The notes below the pieces were generated by a model. That model saw only the letters and a list, made by a program, of their open reading frames with translations. It was not told where the DNA came from and made no database searches. Positions 13,190-26,900 of a stretch of 64,000 nt of DNA are shown here, in pieces (within the stretch, counting starts at the first letter, position 1; each line of letters starts with the position of its first letter). The position numbers and the translations under genes were made by a program. Origin of the DNA: Octopus sinensis (lineage: Eukaryota); contig NC_043005.1 of the NCBI RefSeq assembly GCF_006345805.1, positions 15,562,001 to 15,626,000 of the forward strand, written 5' to 3'.

Positions 13190-13800
13190 ACAAGTCAGAG
13201 AGTATCCAACTGTGGCTGACCAGTCTGATGCTTGCTCAGAAGACTCTGTTGCAGGTCAGGCACTGGTGACCTACTGAGACTGAAAGCAAAAATTGGGCTC
13301 TGAGCTTTTGCAGTCCATGCTTTCTTTATGCCCTGCAATCCTGTTCTCTTTGTAAGAGGTTGAACCTCTGTTGGTGCATATTTGTCAGGCTGGACAGTGT
13401 TGTCTTTGCATTTCTTACGGATCAGGATTGGTCTCAAAGCTCTTCAGTGAGCCTTTGCTTATGTTCTTCAAGCACTTTTCTGTCTGACTTTGTGCCCCTT
13501 GCCTTCTGCCAGTTTCACTGTGAAACAGTCTCTTTGAGAGTCTCATGTCAGTCACCAGGACAAAGTGACCTACACACCTGACTTGCACTCTCCTTAGCTA
13601 GAGAGCTTAAGAGAAGACCAATGCATCTGTTAAACTTGTCTTTCCTGTTAATTTTCAACAGCTTTTTCAAGCAGTTTATGTGGAAGCTGTCTAGCTTTTT
13701 GGCATGGTGTTCATAAACCACCCAAGTGTCGTAGGCATACAGCAGCTTAGGCAGTACAACTGCTTAGTACAGCTTCAACTGGGTGGTTAGCCTAATGCCT
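13190..13800 (-). mobile_element. BovB-like RTE C-terminal remnant
   Basis: TQLKLY.AVVLP.LLYA.DTW.VY..H.K.L..FH motif. Confidence 0.65.
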
Positions 13801-14289
13801 CTCCTCTCCGACACTGATTCATGCATCTGCCCGAATATTGAGTTATGTTAGTGTGTGTGTATAAATAAAGAAATAGATAGAGAGATAGACAAATAAACAG
13901 GTAGACGACAGATAGATAGATATATGTACATACATTGATACATAAGTACACACATGCATGCACGCATATACATACATACATAGATGATGATGACAGTTGA
14001 CTTAATAAATGAGTATAGCTTACTAAATAGATTATATCACAGCATTACATGTTGGGAGAATTATAATGACTCTTGGATCGCGCCAAAGACTTAAGGAACT
14101 TGTTGCAGATTTGACATCCATCCATACGAATTCTTCTGACTTCTTGGCTATTCCAGATCAATCATATGATTTTCTCTGTGCACCCTTGTGTGCTGGAGAA
14201 AAGTCTGAGTGATTTATTGATGTTTACTAGTGGGCAATGCATGTACGGTTGTCCCCAGCAAGAAAGTCATCATAGTTTGAAACAGGTCC

Positions 14290-15140
14290 TTCTGCATGGC
14301 TTTTCTGGTGGCTCACAACAAGGGTAGCAAAGAGCTCAAGAATCTCATGAAGCAAACCTTTGGATCAAGAGTGCCAACTGTGTCTCCTTTCTGCCCTAAA
14401 GATGGAAAAGAGCTTTGCACTAGCCTTGAGATGATCTCAAACCGATGGGAAGAACACTTCTCTGTTCTGTTCAGTAAAGTAAAATCAGCCATTGATCTGC
14501 CAAATATTGGCAAGGTGGCTGTCAAGGCAGCTGGTTGGCAAAGCTGCTGCATGGCAGGACAGCAGACTGGCAAGTTTACTGGCTGGTAAGGCAGCTAGAT
14601 GGCAAGGCAACTGGATGGCAAGGCAGCTGGCTAACAGAGCAGATGGCTGGCAAGGATGGTGTTTCTGCTGAGATCTATTGTCATGGTAGAGAGAACGTGG
14701 TGCTCCTTATGCAAAGGTTCATATGCAACATCTCGGCAGCTGGTGCAATACCTAAAGACTGGTGAGTCCCTATCTTGATACCTTTGTAAAAGACAAGGGA
14801 CCACATAAGAGCTGTGAAAAACACTGTGGCATTGCTTTTTGACAGCGACAGGGGAAATCGTTGCTACAATACTTCTGACAAGGCTAAATGTCCACATCAC
14901 AGATTGGATCTTACCAGAATCCCAATGAGGCTTCAGATGAAACCCAAGTAGAAGAGGTATGATATTGATGAAAAGTTCAGGGAAAGTGTTTTGAACAACA
15001 ACAAAGCCTCTCACAAGTGTTTGTTGATCTAACAAAAGTTTTTGGACGTTATACACTGTGAATCACTTTAGGTGATCCTCAGGCATCTCAGCTGGTGCCC
15101 TGATAACTTTGTGATATTGGTACAGTAATATGATATGCAA
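14290..15140 (+). mobile_element. BovB-like RTE RT remnant
   Basis: RWEEHFS.L, AGKDGVSAEIY, LPESQ.GFR and FVDLTK motifs. Confidence 0.75.
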
Positions 15141-15209
15141 GATTCTGTAAATGGGATTATTACACACATACATAAATACATTACATACGGACATATGTAC
15201 ACACACATT

Positions 15210-15791
<582 letters not shown>

Positions 15792-15887
15792 CATACATCT
15801 AATATAGGATAAAATTTTTTTCGAAAAAAAAAATTTTATCAATGCCCAGCATATAAAAAAATACCTTTAAAGGTTAAATTTATAAAG

Positions 15888-16042
15888 AACTTATAACAAG
15901 AGCAAAGAAAAAAAATTCTAACGCCAAATATGCCGAAATAGACTTAATCATCAATAACCATATAATATATGGTTATTGATGATTAAGTCTATTTTGGCAT
16001 ATTTGGCATTAGAAATTTTTTTCTTTTGCCCTTGTTTATAAG

Positions 16043-16044
<2 letters not shown>
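15888..16044. repeat. Near-perfect ~157-bp palindrome (hairpin)
   Basis: Arms ...gacttaatcatcaataaccatat / atatggttattgatgattaagtc... with a 1-3 nt loop. Confidence 0.9.
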
Positions 16045-16085
<41 letters not shown>

Positions 16086-16699
16086 AAAAATGAAGTTTGA
16101 AAATGCTGCTATATTAGACAAATTTTAATTTTAATTTTTTAACATGTTTCGGTTCTTGAAATGACGAACCTTATCAAAAAACATTATATATAATAAAGAG
16201 AGTTCATGCTATATGTTTAAAGAGTATGATGTAATAGTTCATAATTGTGACATATATTCAATAGAGACAAATATAAAAAATTCATATATAATTCAATAGA
16301 GTCAAATATAAAACATTCATGTTCTTGAAAAAGCGAGGAGTTCATTTTAGATTTGACCTTGTGTTCCAATGGGAGCAACAATAATGATTTTTGGTTGGTG
16401 TCTGTTCGTATAATTTTGGTGAATTTTGTGATTGTTGGGTTTATATCAGCTCAGCTTAGCTGTGGTCACTTGAACTGTTCACTGACGTCATATAGTTCCA
16501 AACCAATCAAAACCCAGTCTCAACGAATATATCCTGTTAGGAAACCAACCAAGCGGAACGACAGTTTGGCCACGGAAGAAATACGTCATCATTTTTTTGA
16601 CGAATCGAAATTAGATCTGACCCATGACTGTATCCTGTTATACATATATACACATTACATATATATATATATATATATATACATTACACACACACACAT

Positions 16700-17900
16700 A
16701 TATCCGTCTTCCCTTCCTTGGACTTTTCCTTTTTTCAATATTTCTGACGAAGAGCTCCGCTTGGAATGTTAAATCCTCCTTCTTTCTTTCCTTTCCTGAG
16801 CATCCAATAACACTATACTTGTTCCACGTCCTCGCGTTGAATGTGTTTTCTCCTTGTTCATGTTTGGATTAACTATATATACTGCACGCTCACACGAACC
16901 TCGGCCTTCTGACTGACTTTGGATAACAAATTTCTGGAATTTTGACACCTGCAGATTACTGTTACCATCCATTCAGAGTACGCCACTCTAATTGTCACCC
17001 AACCCATTCACGCTTCATTATTAATCTCAACCACCAACTCCACAACTTCCTCAACCCATCACCTCCTTCCCCTCCCACACCCCTACACCTTCCCCTTCAG
17101 CTCTCCCCGACCCTCCCAATCCCCGCATCCACCACACCCCTCTCCTTGCACCCTCCACAGATCCACACACATACAACCCAGCCTGACTTTCCCACCCCTA
17201 CCCCATCTTCACCCAACCATTCCAACCCTCCTCCCCACACCTCTGCACCCCTCTTCCTGACCCCACTCTGCTCCCTCGCACTGTTGTCACTATACCACCA
17301 AACCTCCCCCTACCCACTGTCGAGCGCTCGCTCCTCAGTAGGGGACTCCGTTTCACGCCTCTCATGCACCACTGTGCCGAATTTGAGACCCGCACTGACG
17401 TCAGCCAGTTCCTACACCGCATCAAACAATGCGTGTTTTTCCACACATCTACACGTCATGACAATCAGAATTGCTTTTCGGAGCTGGACGCCGCCTCCAG
17501 GCCAATTCAGTAGCCTACACTTGTTCGTGCACAACTGCAATGCATTGATCAACTGATTTAATTTCAAAAAAGGAACCCTCCGAGCCAACCTCACCCGTGT
17601 TGAATCGATTGCCCTTCGCGACCTCCATCGCTGCGACAACATCGTCATCAAACTGGCAGACAAAGGTGGAGCAGTGGTCGTGCGACGCATAGACCTATAC
17701 AGAGAGGAAGCACTTAGCCAACTTCAAAATCCCCTCTTCTATTGCCTCCTCCCCTCCGACCCCACCTCCTCCTACCAACAGCTAGTGTCCTCCACCATCC
17801 ATGACCTTATCTTCTCTTCTGTTCACCCCCTCACTGCCACCTACCTTCTCTAAATACATAATCTCAACAACCCTGGTCGCCCTATCGTTTCTGCCTGTAT
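16700..17900 (+). mobile_element. Penelope-like element: pseudo-LTR plus N-terminal RT region
   Basis: NLTRVE..AL..L...NIVIK.ADKGGAVVV...Y.EEA..QL, DPT and PGRPIVS motifs; hammerhead-like core at 16744. Confidence 0.8.
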
Positions 17901-18359
17901 AATTAGAGCTCAGCACTTCTTTATGCAGCTGTCCTCATCCATATATGCATCGCATGCATTAGTGAAATGAACAAAGGAAAGAAGATATTGAAATACTGAT
18001 GGGGTTTACCTGTTAATTTTCATACATGTGTGTGTCACATATATTTATACATAATCAAATGAATAATAACATATGATGGAGAATTGTTAGCTTATTACAG
18101 GTATTTCTCATGTAACTTTTTAACAGAAGAATGAGAACATTCCATTATTATAAAAGACCGTGATCATTAGAAGAGAAGTAATTTAACAAACAAACAAATA
18201 TCCTAAGAATATAGCAGGGATGTGGCTGAAGTCTGTTGAGGCCAACTATGAAATGGTGTATGTGTGATGTATGTTTGTACGTACGTATGTATTTATTGTA
18301 GTCATTTGATAAAAGAGTAGAGTGAACTTGCTGAAAGGGGTGGGAAACCAAACATTTCA

Positions 18360-18845
18360 GACACAAGGAAAAACGTTCAGTATAAACCTGTCGGTGACTG
18401 GGTTCCAGGTTCAAATATGAAACGTTGTTGCTTTCTGTTTTCTTGAGAAAGTGGATCCGTGGCGTGTATCAATGCCAGATATTGATACATACCATGGAAT
18501 GCCCTGTAGTGTTGGGGTGGTGACAGGTTGTCCCAGCAAATGAAGTACATGGCTTTAAATATGCTCCCAGAAGTGATCAGCAAGGTGTCAGCCTGTTTCC
18601 CCAATGTGCCATAAAGGTGTCACACAATTTGCAGGTGATGCAATATTTAAGGTTAGAAGTTCTGTGTAATAGGATGTTGTCTCTTAGGCCCAGTGATGGT
18701 TGTAGTATTGTTAATATAGAGACAGGAGTTGCATCGCTGGCAAACACATTAATAAGTGCCTTCTTGCCTGGGGCTGGCCAATGTGGGGCTTCTTACTGGA
18801 AGATTTATGGGATGCTCATCTTGGTGTAAGGATCAGAGAGTAGAA
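18360..18845 (-). mobile_element. Penelope-like GIY-YIG endonuclease 3' remnant
   Basis: YCITCKLC and terminal GT.SP.GL motifs, decayed. Confidence 0.55.
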
Positions 18846-19154
18846 TACGGAAGGGTTGCAGTGGTGTTTATCTGTGAAAAGGAGAAGAGACTGGAAGATT
18901 TCTGGGATCAGAGAGTAGAATACGGAAGGGTTGCGGTGGTGTTTATCTGTGAAAGGGAGAAGAGACAGGTGGAAAGTGAGAGAGAGAGAGTGGAATATAG
19001 TTTGTGGCCATGCATAAAGATGGTAGGAGAATATCACATATATCCACACACATACACACACACACAAAGACTTTGGTAATGTCCTCTTTACTATATTTTA
19101 GAGAAACACACAGACAAATACAAACACATATAAGCATACAGATTCACACACATA

Positions 19155-19213
<59 letters not shown>

Positions 19214-19255
19214 GAAATAATATGAGAGTAAAGATAAATAATATATAAGATTTAC

Positions 19256-19292
19256 CTGATACTGACAATGATGACGATGATGAACAACAATA
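19256..19292 (-). CDS. Candidate transmembrane exon 11b (VLLFIIVIIVSI)
   Basis: Acceptor ctcttttcactcttcacag, donor TCAG|gtaaat, 37 nt, phase 1 to 2. It is low-complexity ATC-rich sequence, so it could be fortuitous. Confidence 0.45.
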
Positions 19293-19366
19293 CTGTGAAG
19301 AGTGAAAAGAGGCCAACAACTAAAGAAGAAAAGAATAAGACATTCAGTGAAACATTATTTTATGTA

Positions 19367-20206
19367 CGAGGAGGTAGAGGGGGTAGCCAAAAGAAACTGG
19401 AATTTTGCAGTATTATTTTATTCATTTAGTTTTACATGTTTACATTTTTATGACCTTCAAAGTATTCTCCATTTCAATCAATGCATCAGTCCAGGGTCGT
19501 TTCCCACTGTTGGAAGCAGTCCTGGAACTCTTCTAAAGTGATGCCTTTTAATATCTCCATCGTTTTTTTCTTCACCTTTTCAGCATCTGCAAATTCTGTA
19601 GCACCAGCTTTCATCACCAGTGATGAACTTTAAAAAAAAAAGTCCACATCAACTTGCAACTCTTCTTTCAGCTGATGACATTCATTCAGTTGTGACTTCT
19701 TTTCATCTTCTCTGAGCAAGTGAGCCACAAATTTTACTGTAACTCTTTACATTCCTAATTCCTCACTCAAAGTTTGTTGACAGCAGCTCCAGAACAAACC
19801 AGTTATATCAAAAAGTTTGTCAATGTTTTGGTGCCTGTCCTCCAAGATCAGTTCATGAATTTTCAGGATGTTTTCATTCATTCAAGAGGTTGACAGTCAC
19901 CCTGAACAAGGTTGCTCTTCAAGTGACGAGTGACCATTCCTAAACCACTTGTAAACTTATGTTTTGCTAATGGCAGCCTCTTTGTAAGCTGTTTGAAGCA
20001 TGACAACTGTTTCGGCTGCCATTTTCCCCAGTAGAAATCGATGAATAGGAGAGAATCACTGCAAAACAGTACGACCTCACTCAATGACACCAGTTGGCAG
20101 ACTGATGCCTGAGGGTCACATCAAGTGGCTTCTATTGGCAGAAGCCTGGACTACAACTGGCTTGTCCTACAGAGAGCGTTTCTGGTTTCTTTTGGGTACC
20201 TCCTCG
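19367..20206 (-). mobile_element. Internally deleted mariner-family element
   Basis: TIR cgaggaggta(..)ccaaaagaaac at both ends with TA flanks; transposase C-terminal homology shared with 44097-44612. Confidence 0.8.
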
Positions 20207-20500
20207 TATATTTAACTGAAAGCTAATATATTTAATGTAATAATCAAAAACAAATCTATCATCATTTAAAATTACTAATGTGATTTTGAAAAATTAATTG
20301 GTTTTATGACAAATGCTGTCAAAATTGAGAGAGACAATTTCAAGATTAAAATGGATAAAAAAATTGGAGAAATGCCATAGGAAGTGAGTCTGGTCATTGG
20401 TAAGTATGGGTGATAACTCTAGTTATGTTTTGGTCTTATTAGACCTCTTCATTGCACCATGACACAATATCATGAGAAAATGCACAAACCTTGCTTACAT

Positions 20501-20526
20501 TCATTTGGAGGGAAGTGAGGAACTCT
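20501..20526 (-). CDS. Candidate terminal coding exon 11a (ESSSLPSK*)
   Basis: Strong acceptor ttttctccttctttctttag. In phase 1 it ends at TGA, 2 nt before a gtaagc donor. Confidence 0.45.
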
Positions 20527-23484
20527 CTAAAGAAAGAAGGAGAAAACTGTAAGGGGCCTTCTCCCATCATTCACTTGTATTCTATCACAGAATCATTACA
20601 TGAGTGGACTTTTGACTTGGAAAATTTTCAAATATGATTTTCAGAGTTTATAATGACAAATTATTTTGCTAAATTCTTCATTATTTTCAAAGTAGATTTG
20701 AACAAAGAAGATTATTTGAATAGAAATATTATAAGATTAGGGTTAAACTCTTTCAGACATTTATGGTGCAAATTAAATTTAGACTTGAGTTTTGATAAAA
20801 GATTCCTCCCAGTTATAAAAATCTTGTTTGAGAGGCATTAGCTAATATCCATAGCTAAATCAGCCATGACAGAACGTGACCCAGGCATTAGGTGGATACT
20901 ATTCCAGTGATACTCAGAGAATAATTACAAAGTTTCTGTTCTCCAAATTCACTTGTAGAGTATTGGTTTGTCGTCGGTCCAGGGCTATAGTGAGTTCATC
21001 AGTTCAGACTATGGTGTTGTGCAGCTGGACTGAATGTAATACCATGTGGTTGCAAGATGAAAAATTTACAAAAGATAAAAATAATTACCTATTTTCAGAA
21101 TCAGCTGTGTTACATTGGGTTGGCTTTTCACTAAAAATTAATAAAAAAAGTAATGATAAAAAAAAAATAAAAATTGACAAAAATATCTGAAACACTGAAA
21201 CATTATTATTGAGTTGCTGTTTCTCAGTCATAAACTCCATGAACTTAAATATTCCATCACCTGAACTCTGCAATGGAAAATCCAAATGATTTTATCCTGC
21301 ATTCTGGGACGTTACCAAGGAAGTCACTTCCTAACTGGATTTCTTCTGAGTTGCCTGTTCACTACATTATACACCCAACCATTTTATGTTTGTGTATATG
21401 TGATGAAAATATGTGTGTATGTCTGTCTCTGTATGTGTACATGTGTGCCTTCATTTCTACTGATGTTGATGTCTAACATTTAAAGTACACAAAATGTAAA
21501 CAAGACGTGTTCCCATATACCACATACCTTTTCTTAGTGGTTTAAATTCTATCAACCTCTCATTCTTATCTTTGCTTTCTTCTTTTATTTTGAATTCATA
21601 CTCTGCATAATCATTCTTCAAACGTATCTGAAATGATAGATTTGAAATATTATTTACAGATGCCAGGACCCCTGGACTGGAGATACGTAAAAAGCACTAT
21701 CCGAATCGTGGCCGATGCCAGCGCCGCCTCGACTGGCTTCCATGCCGGTGGCACGTAAAAAGCACCATCCGAATCGTGGCCGAAACCAGTGCCGCCTTGA
21801 CTGGTTTCCGTGCAGGTGGCACGTAAAATGCACCAATCCGACCATGGCCGATGCCAGCCTCGCCTGGCACCAGTGCAGGTGGCATGTAAAAAGCACCCAC
21901 TACACTCACGGAGTGGTTGGCGTTAGGAAGGGCATCCAGCTGTAGAAACATTGCCAGATAAGACTGGAGCCTGGTGCAGCCTTCTGGCTTCCCAGATCCC
22001 CGGTCGAACCGTCCAACCCATGCTAGCATGGAGAACGGACGGTAAACGATGATGATGATGATGATGATGACAACTCAGCTGTTTTGAGTACTGATTCTGA
22101 GTTCCCTCAGTTCTTTGTGAAGGTGTTGATCTCTCTCTATTTCTCTCTACGTTTTGTAGGGGAGAAACATTAAATTCTTTCCATCTCCCACCTCCCACCA
22201 AGTCAATCAATCAATCAAACAACCAATAATATTTATATCACACAGTTCAATATATAGATTCTACTGTCTGACTATTCTCCTGTCCAGAAATATCCATCAA
22301 CATGTGATTAGCATTTTTGATCCTAATTAACTCTGAATGTCAATCTGTAGTAGACACTCGTTTGTGAACTGCTTGAAAATGCACCTCATCACTAGGTACA
22401 CAAACCAGTGGCACAGGATATGACCTGTATCATTGAAATCCATCGATTAGATAAAAAGTCATTGTGTTCTGAACATACCTACCATTTCTTAGTCCCTTTT
22501 TGCCAAATCCTTCTTTGGACAAGGAGTTAAAATACAGAGAACTGTAGATGAGTGCAAGAATTAAGAGAATGTCTCTCCATGCAACACTAATGGTAGAACA
22601 TGGATTTAGTAGTGCAGAGCAATAGAACAGTCAACAATTATACACAGCTCCCACTGCATGCAGTGGTAAGATGTAGCACTTAGGGGTACCTATTTATAGT
22701 AAGGTGGACTAAACTAGTGAGACTTTAACAGCACTGGAGATGAAGTTTTGATTAGTCACGTGAAAAGTGACACTTTGTGAAGGAAGAGTTTACTTTGAAA
22801 CAAGTGACACCTTAATCGTCAATATCATCATCATTATCCACATCACCATCTCCACCACCACCACCACCATCATCATCATCATTATCCACATCACCATCTC
22901 CACCACCACTATCATCATCATCATCATCAGATTGAAGTTTTGGGAGAATAAAGGAGAAAAGAGAGATAAAATTAACAAGATTGTGAGAAAAGACAGCACA
23001 GACTTGAAAGGTAATAGGATGGGTTATTTAGTGGTGGAGGGGCAGGTCAAGGGCTATCCATCATCATAAATATTTTCAGAAAAGATTTTCAAGTTGGCTC
23101 TACTAGTATTTTGAACCCAGCCATTTTGAAATCTCAAATTCACTAACATAAATTACACCATTTGCTTTCTTATCATCATTAGATATCTTAAAATGGGTGA
23201 ATAAAATATCATATTACATCATTGATTCTGATAGGTTTATCCAAAAAATGCAGTTTTAAGCCGGTTATTTCATTATCTTCATATGTCTCCAAATAGAAAT
23301 GGTCAACACAGCCATATCCATGTTCACAGAGATTTTGCCAAACTAAACCTTTAGAGAAGGAAGATAATGTTCCTTGAATTATTTCTACAAAGAAAGCTTG
23401 CTCAAGTTCTTCAGAAGACATAATTATCAGCTGCCAAATTTTACCTGAAATAAAAAAAAAAAATTTAATTACTCAGTATGTGAG

Positions 23485-23518
<34 letters not shown>

Positions 23519-23897
23519 CTCTTCAGTCATTTGACTGTGGTCATGCTGGAGCACTGCCTTTAGTCAAGCAAATTGATCCTAGGACTCATTCTTTGTAAGC
23601 TTAGTACTTATTCTATTGGTCTCTTTTGCTGAACCTCTAAGTTACAGAGACGTAAACACACCATCATCGGTTGTCAAGCGATGTTGGGGAGTCAAACACA
23701 GACACACAAACATATACACAGATACATATATATATACATATATGTGACAGGCATCTTTCAGTTTCCATCCACCAAATCCACTCACAAGGCTCTGGTCGGT
23801 CCGAGGCTATAGTAGAAGATACTTGCCCAAGGTGCTACGCAGTGGGACTGAACACAGAACCATGTGGTTCATAAGCAAGCTACTTACTACACACCCA

Positions 23898-23974
<77 letters not shown>

Positions 23975-26900
23975 TACACTTATATATATACATATATCAT
24001 CATCATCATCATCATCATCGTTTAACGTCCGTTCTCCATGCTAGCATGGGTTGGACGGTTCGACCGGGGATCTGGGAAGCCAGAAGGCTGCACCAGGCTC
24101 CGGTCTTATCTGGCATGTTTCTACAGCTGGATGCCCTTCCTAACGCCAACCACTCCGTGAGTGTAGTGGGTGCTTTGGGGCAAACACCCCCTGTGAAATT
24201 TCAAATACTTCCGATTTCAGTGAAAATAACAACATAACTTCTAGGTAGTAAATAAAGGCAATTTCCAAAATTTCACCATCTTACAATATTATTTGACCCT
24301 ACTAAAGGGGTTTATAACATGGGACAGAGCCCCTTTGAAAGTGCAAATACATCAACTTTTCATGGAAGGTACATAAAATTTAAGTATGTGTTCTTGGAAT
24401 AAGTTAAAACTTCAACAATGCATATTTCATTCTAGACTTTGCAACATAATTTTATGCATTAGAAAAAGAATATTTTAATAAGCAAAACATACTTCGTTTA
24501 CCATATCACGGTCAGTCCAAACACCTGACTCATCAGTTGAGCGTATACCAATACAACGATCAACAGTGACTAGCTTTGTGTCTTGAGAATATATAATTTT
24601 ATAAAAAAGCTGTTTTTTATCCATGTTTGACTTTTGTCATGTTTCACTTACATGTTAGCAAAAAAGATACACACACACACACACACACATATATGATTGG
24701 TTTAGTTGTTCAAAAAAATCTTACGTCCCAGTAGTTTGCATGAATATTTAGAAGCAGCTGGCTTAAATATGTTACCACAACCATATACTTTTCCAGTAAG
24801 TGCATTTGTTATGACAATCTGAAAAATTATGAAACAATACACTTTAAGTTGATTACTTTCATTGTATATTTAAATTAATGCAAACACCTACACTGATATA
24901 AGGGCAATCCTTGTCATTTTGAGCTTCATTTTTATCATCAACTAGCAGAATCGCCCGGCGTTGCTCGGTTTTGTAAGGGAAATAACTATATAAGCATTTT
25001 TAGAGATGTAAAGTATAATAGCCATCTCAATATGGCTAACCACAAAGTTACTGTAGCTTTTTACGTTCTGAGATTTAATAATACATTTTTAGAGAGTTAC
25101 TTCCCTTATATAATAGCAAAAAAATGCATTAAAAATGGAAAAAAAAAGATGGTAATTTTTTTTTTAAATCGTAGACTCATCGTAGACGCGTGCTAATACC
25201 CAGAAGGGCTCGATATGAATCACTACTATGAGATACCCGCTTTTGGTTACACTGCACCGCAAAATGTGGGAGTAGTTAGGAATCTAAATCATAGGAGACA
25301 GACAGCACACAACCTCACTTTTATATATAAAGATATTTCACCAAAAAATTCTGTCGTTTTTATTGCATCGATCATTTTGTTTCTGTGAGATAATGTAATT
25401 CTGTTCCATGTTTAATTAAACTTGTACAAGATAATGATTAAAATTTAAACTGTAAAATAATTATTTGTTAAATATGGTCACATGCAATTATATATTTTTC
25501 AACACTGTTTGATGTGACTCAAGTTATTTATTCTAGCTTGGCTAAGCTTAATGTGCATCAGTAAATGTAATATTTATTGTTATCCGAACAGGGCTGTGAA
25601 AGACGAATATTAGTAACTGATGACAAGCAAGGACACAGAAATGCATGCATCCTACCCCCCGATAAAGTCATTCATAGCCCAATGGGTTTTCACACATTTT
25701 TCTGTGAGGAGGATTTATTCACTGGATTATTTCCATAGTGAAATGTCTTCCCACATCCAAGTGCACCCAAATGTGCTTAATATAGTTCTCCATGATTATA
25801 ATTTATTCAATTTTACATTTAGCAACAAAAATGTACTCCATCCAGTGAGAGATATATATCATTTACTATAGACATGACATAAATTGAAGTTAATATTAGT
25901 TTTATGCAGTGAAAACACAATTATTGATCAGGCTCATATAGAAAACCATGCACTTTCAAGCAACCTTTTGCTCTTTAATATACAACAGGGCTGGTCATTT
26001 TTCGAAAAAAACAAGCAAGTACAGTACTTATATCTAAAAGGGATATGAGAGCTTTCAGCTAAACAAAGCCTGCATCTCTACTCACCTACTAAGTTCAGGA
26101 TGTGACATTTTCACTAAATATAAACATCTGAGCAAATTACTTTTATTCAACTGTGACTACTAAGACCCGGGATGCTCCCAGCACCAGTTCCGCATACCCC
26201 CTACCCATCCAAAGTACCTTGGATCCCGGAACATCTCGCTGTGCTTGAGGAGACCTGTTGAGTCAAGTGCATATACATGAACATCGAACCAAATATCAAT
26301 GGAAACAGTAGTTGTGATACCTGTGCCGGTGACACATAGAAAGCACCATCTGATCGTGGCTGTCGCCAGTGCAGCCTCCACTGGCTTCTGTGCCAGTGGC
26401 ACATAAAAAGCTCCATCCGAACGTGACCGATGCCAACCCCGCCTCGAATGGCTCCTGTGCCGGTGGCACATGAACATCAAGCCAAATATCAATGGAAACA
26501 GTAGTTGTAATACCTGTGCCGGTGACACATATAAAGCACCATCCGAACGTGGCCGTTGCCAGTGCAGCCTCCACTGGCTTCTGTGCCAGTGGCACATAAA
26601 AAGCACCATCCGAACGTGACCGATGCCCACCCCGCCTCAAATGGCTTCTGTGCCGGTGGCACATGAATATCGAACCAAATATCAATGGAAACAGTAGTTG
26701 TGATACCTGTGCCGGTGACACATAAAAAGCACCATCCGAACGTGGCCGTTGCCAGTGCAGCCTCCACTGGCTTCTGTGCCGGTGGCACATAAAAAGCACC
26801 ATCCGAACGTGACCGATGCCAACCCTGCCTCGAATGGCTTCTGTGCCGGTGGCACATGAACATCGAGCCAAATATCAATGGAAACAGTAGTTGGGATACC

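Noticed and set aside
16353-16772. 139-aa ORF with a hydrophobic N-terminus
   Set aside because: Runs into a microsatellite and a Penelope LTR; no splice or family support
16942-17556. 204-aa Pro-rich ORF
   Set aside because: Part of the decayed Penelope-like element rather than a host gene
24490-24580. Open segment [11 protein letters not shown]... with a gtatgt donor
   Set aside because: The phase 1-0 structure does not fit between exons 7 and 8; appears to be part of an unidentified repeat
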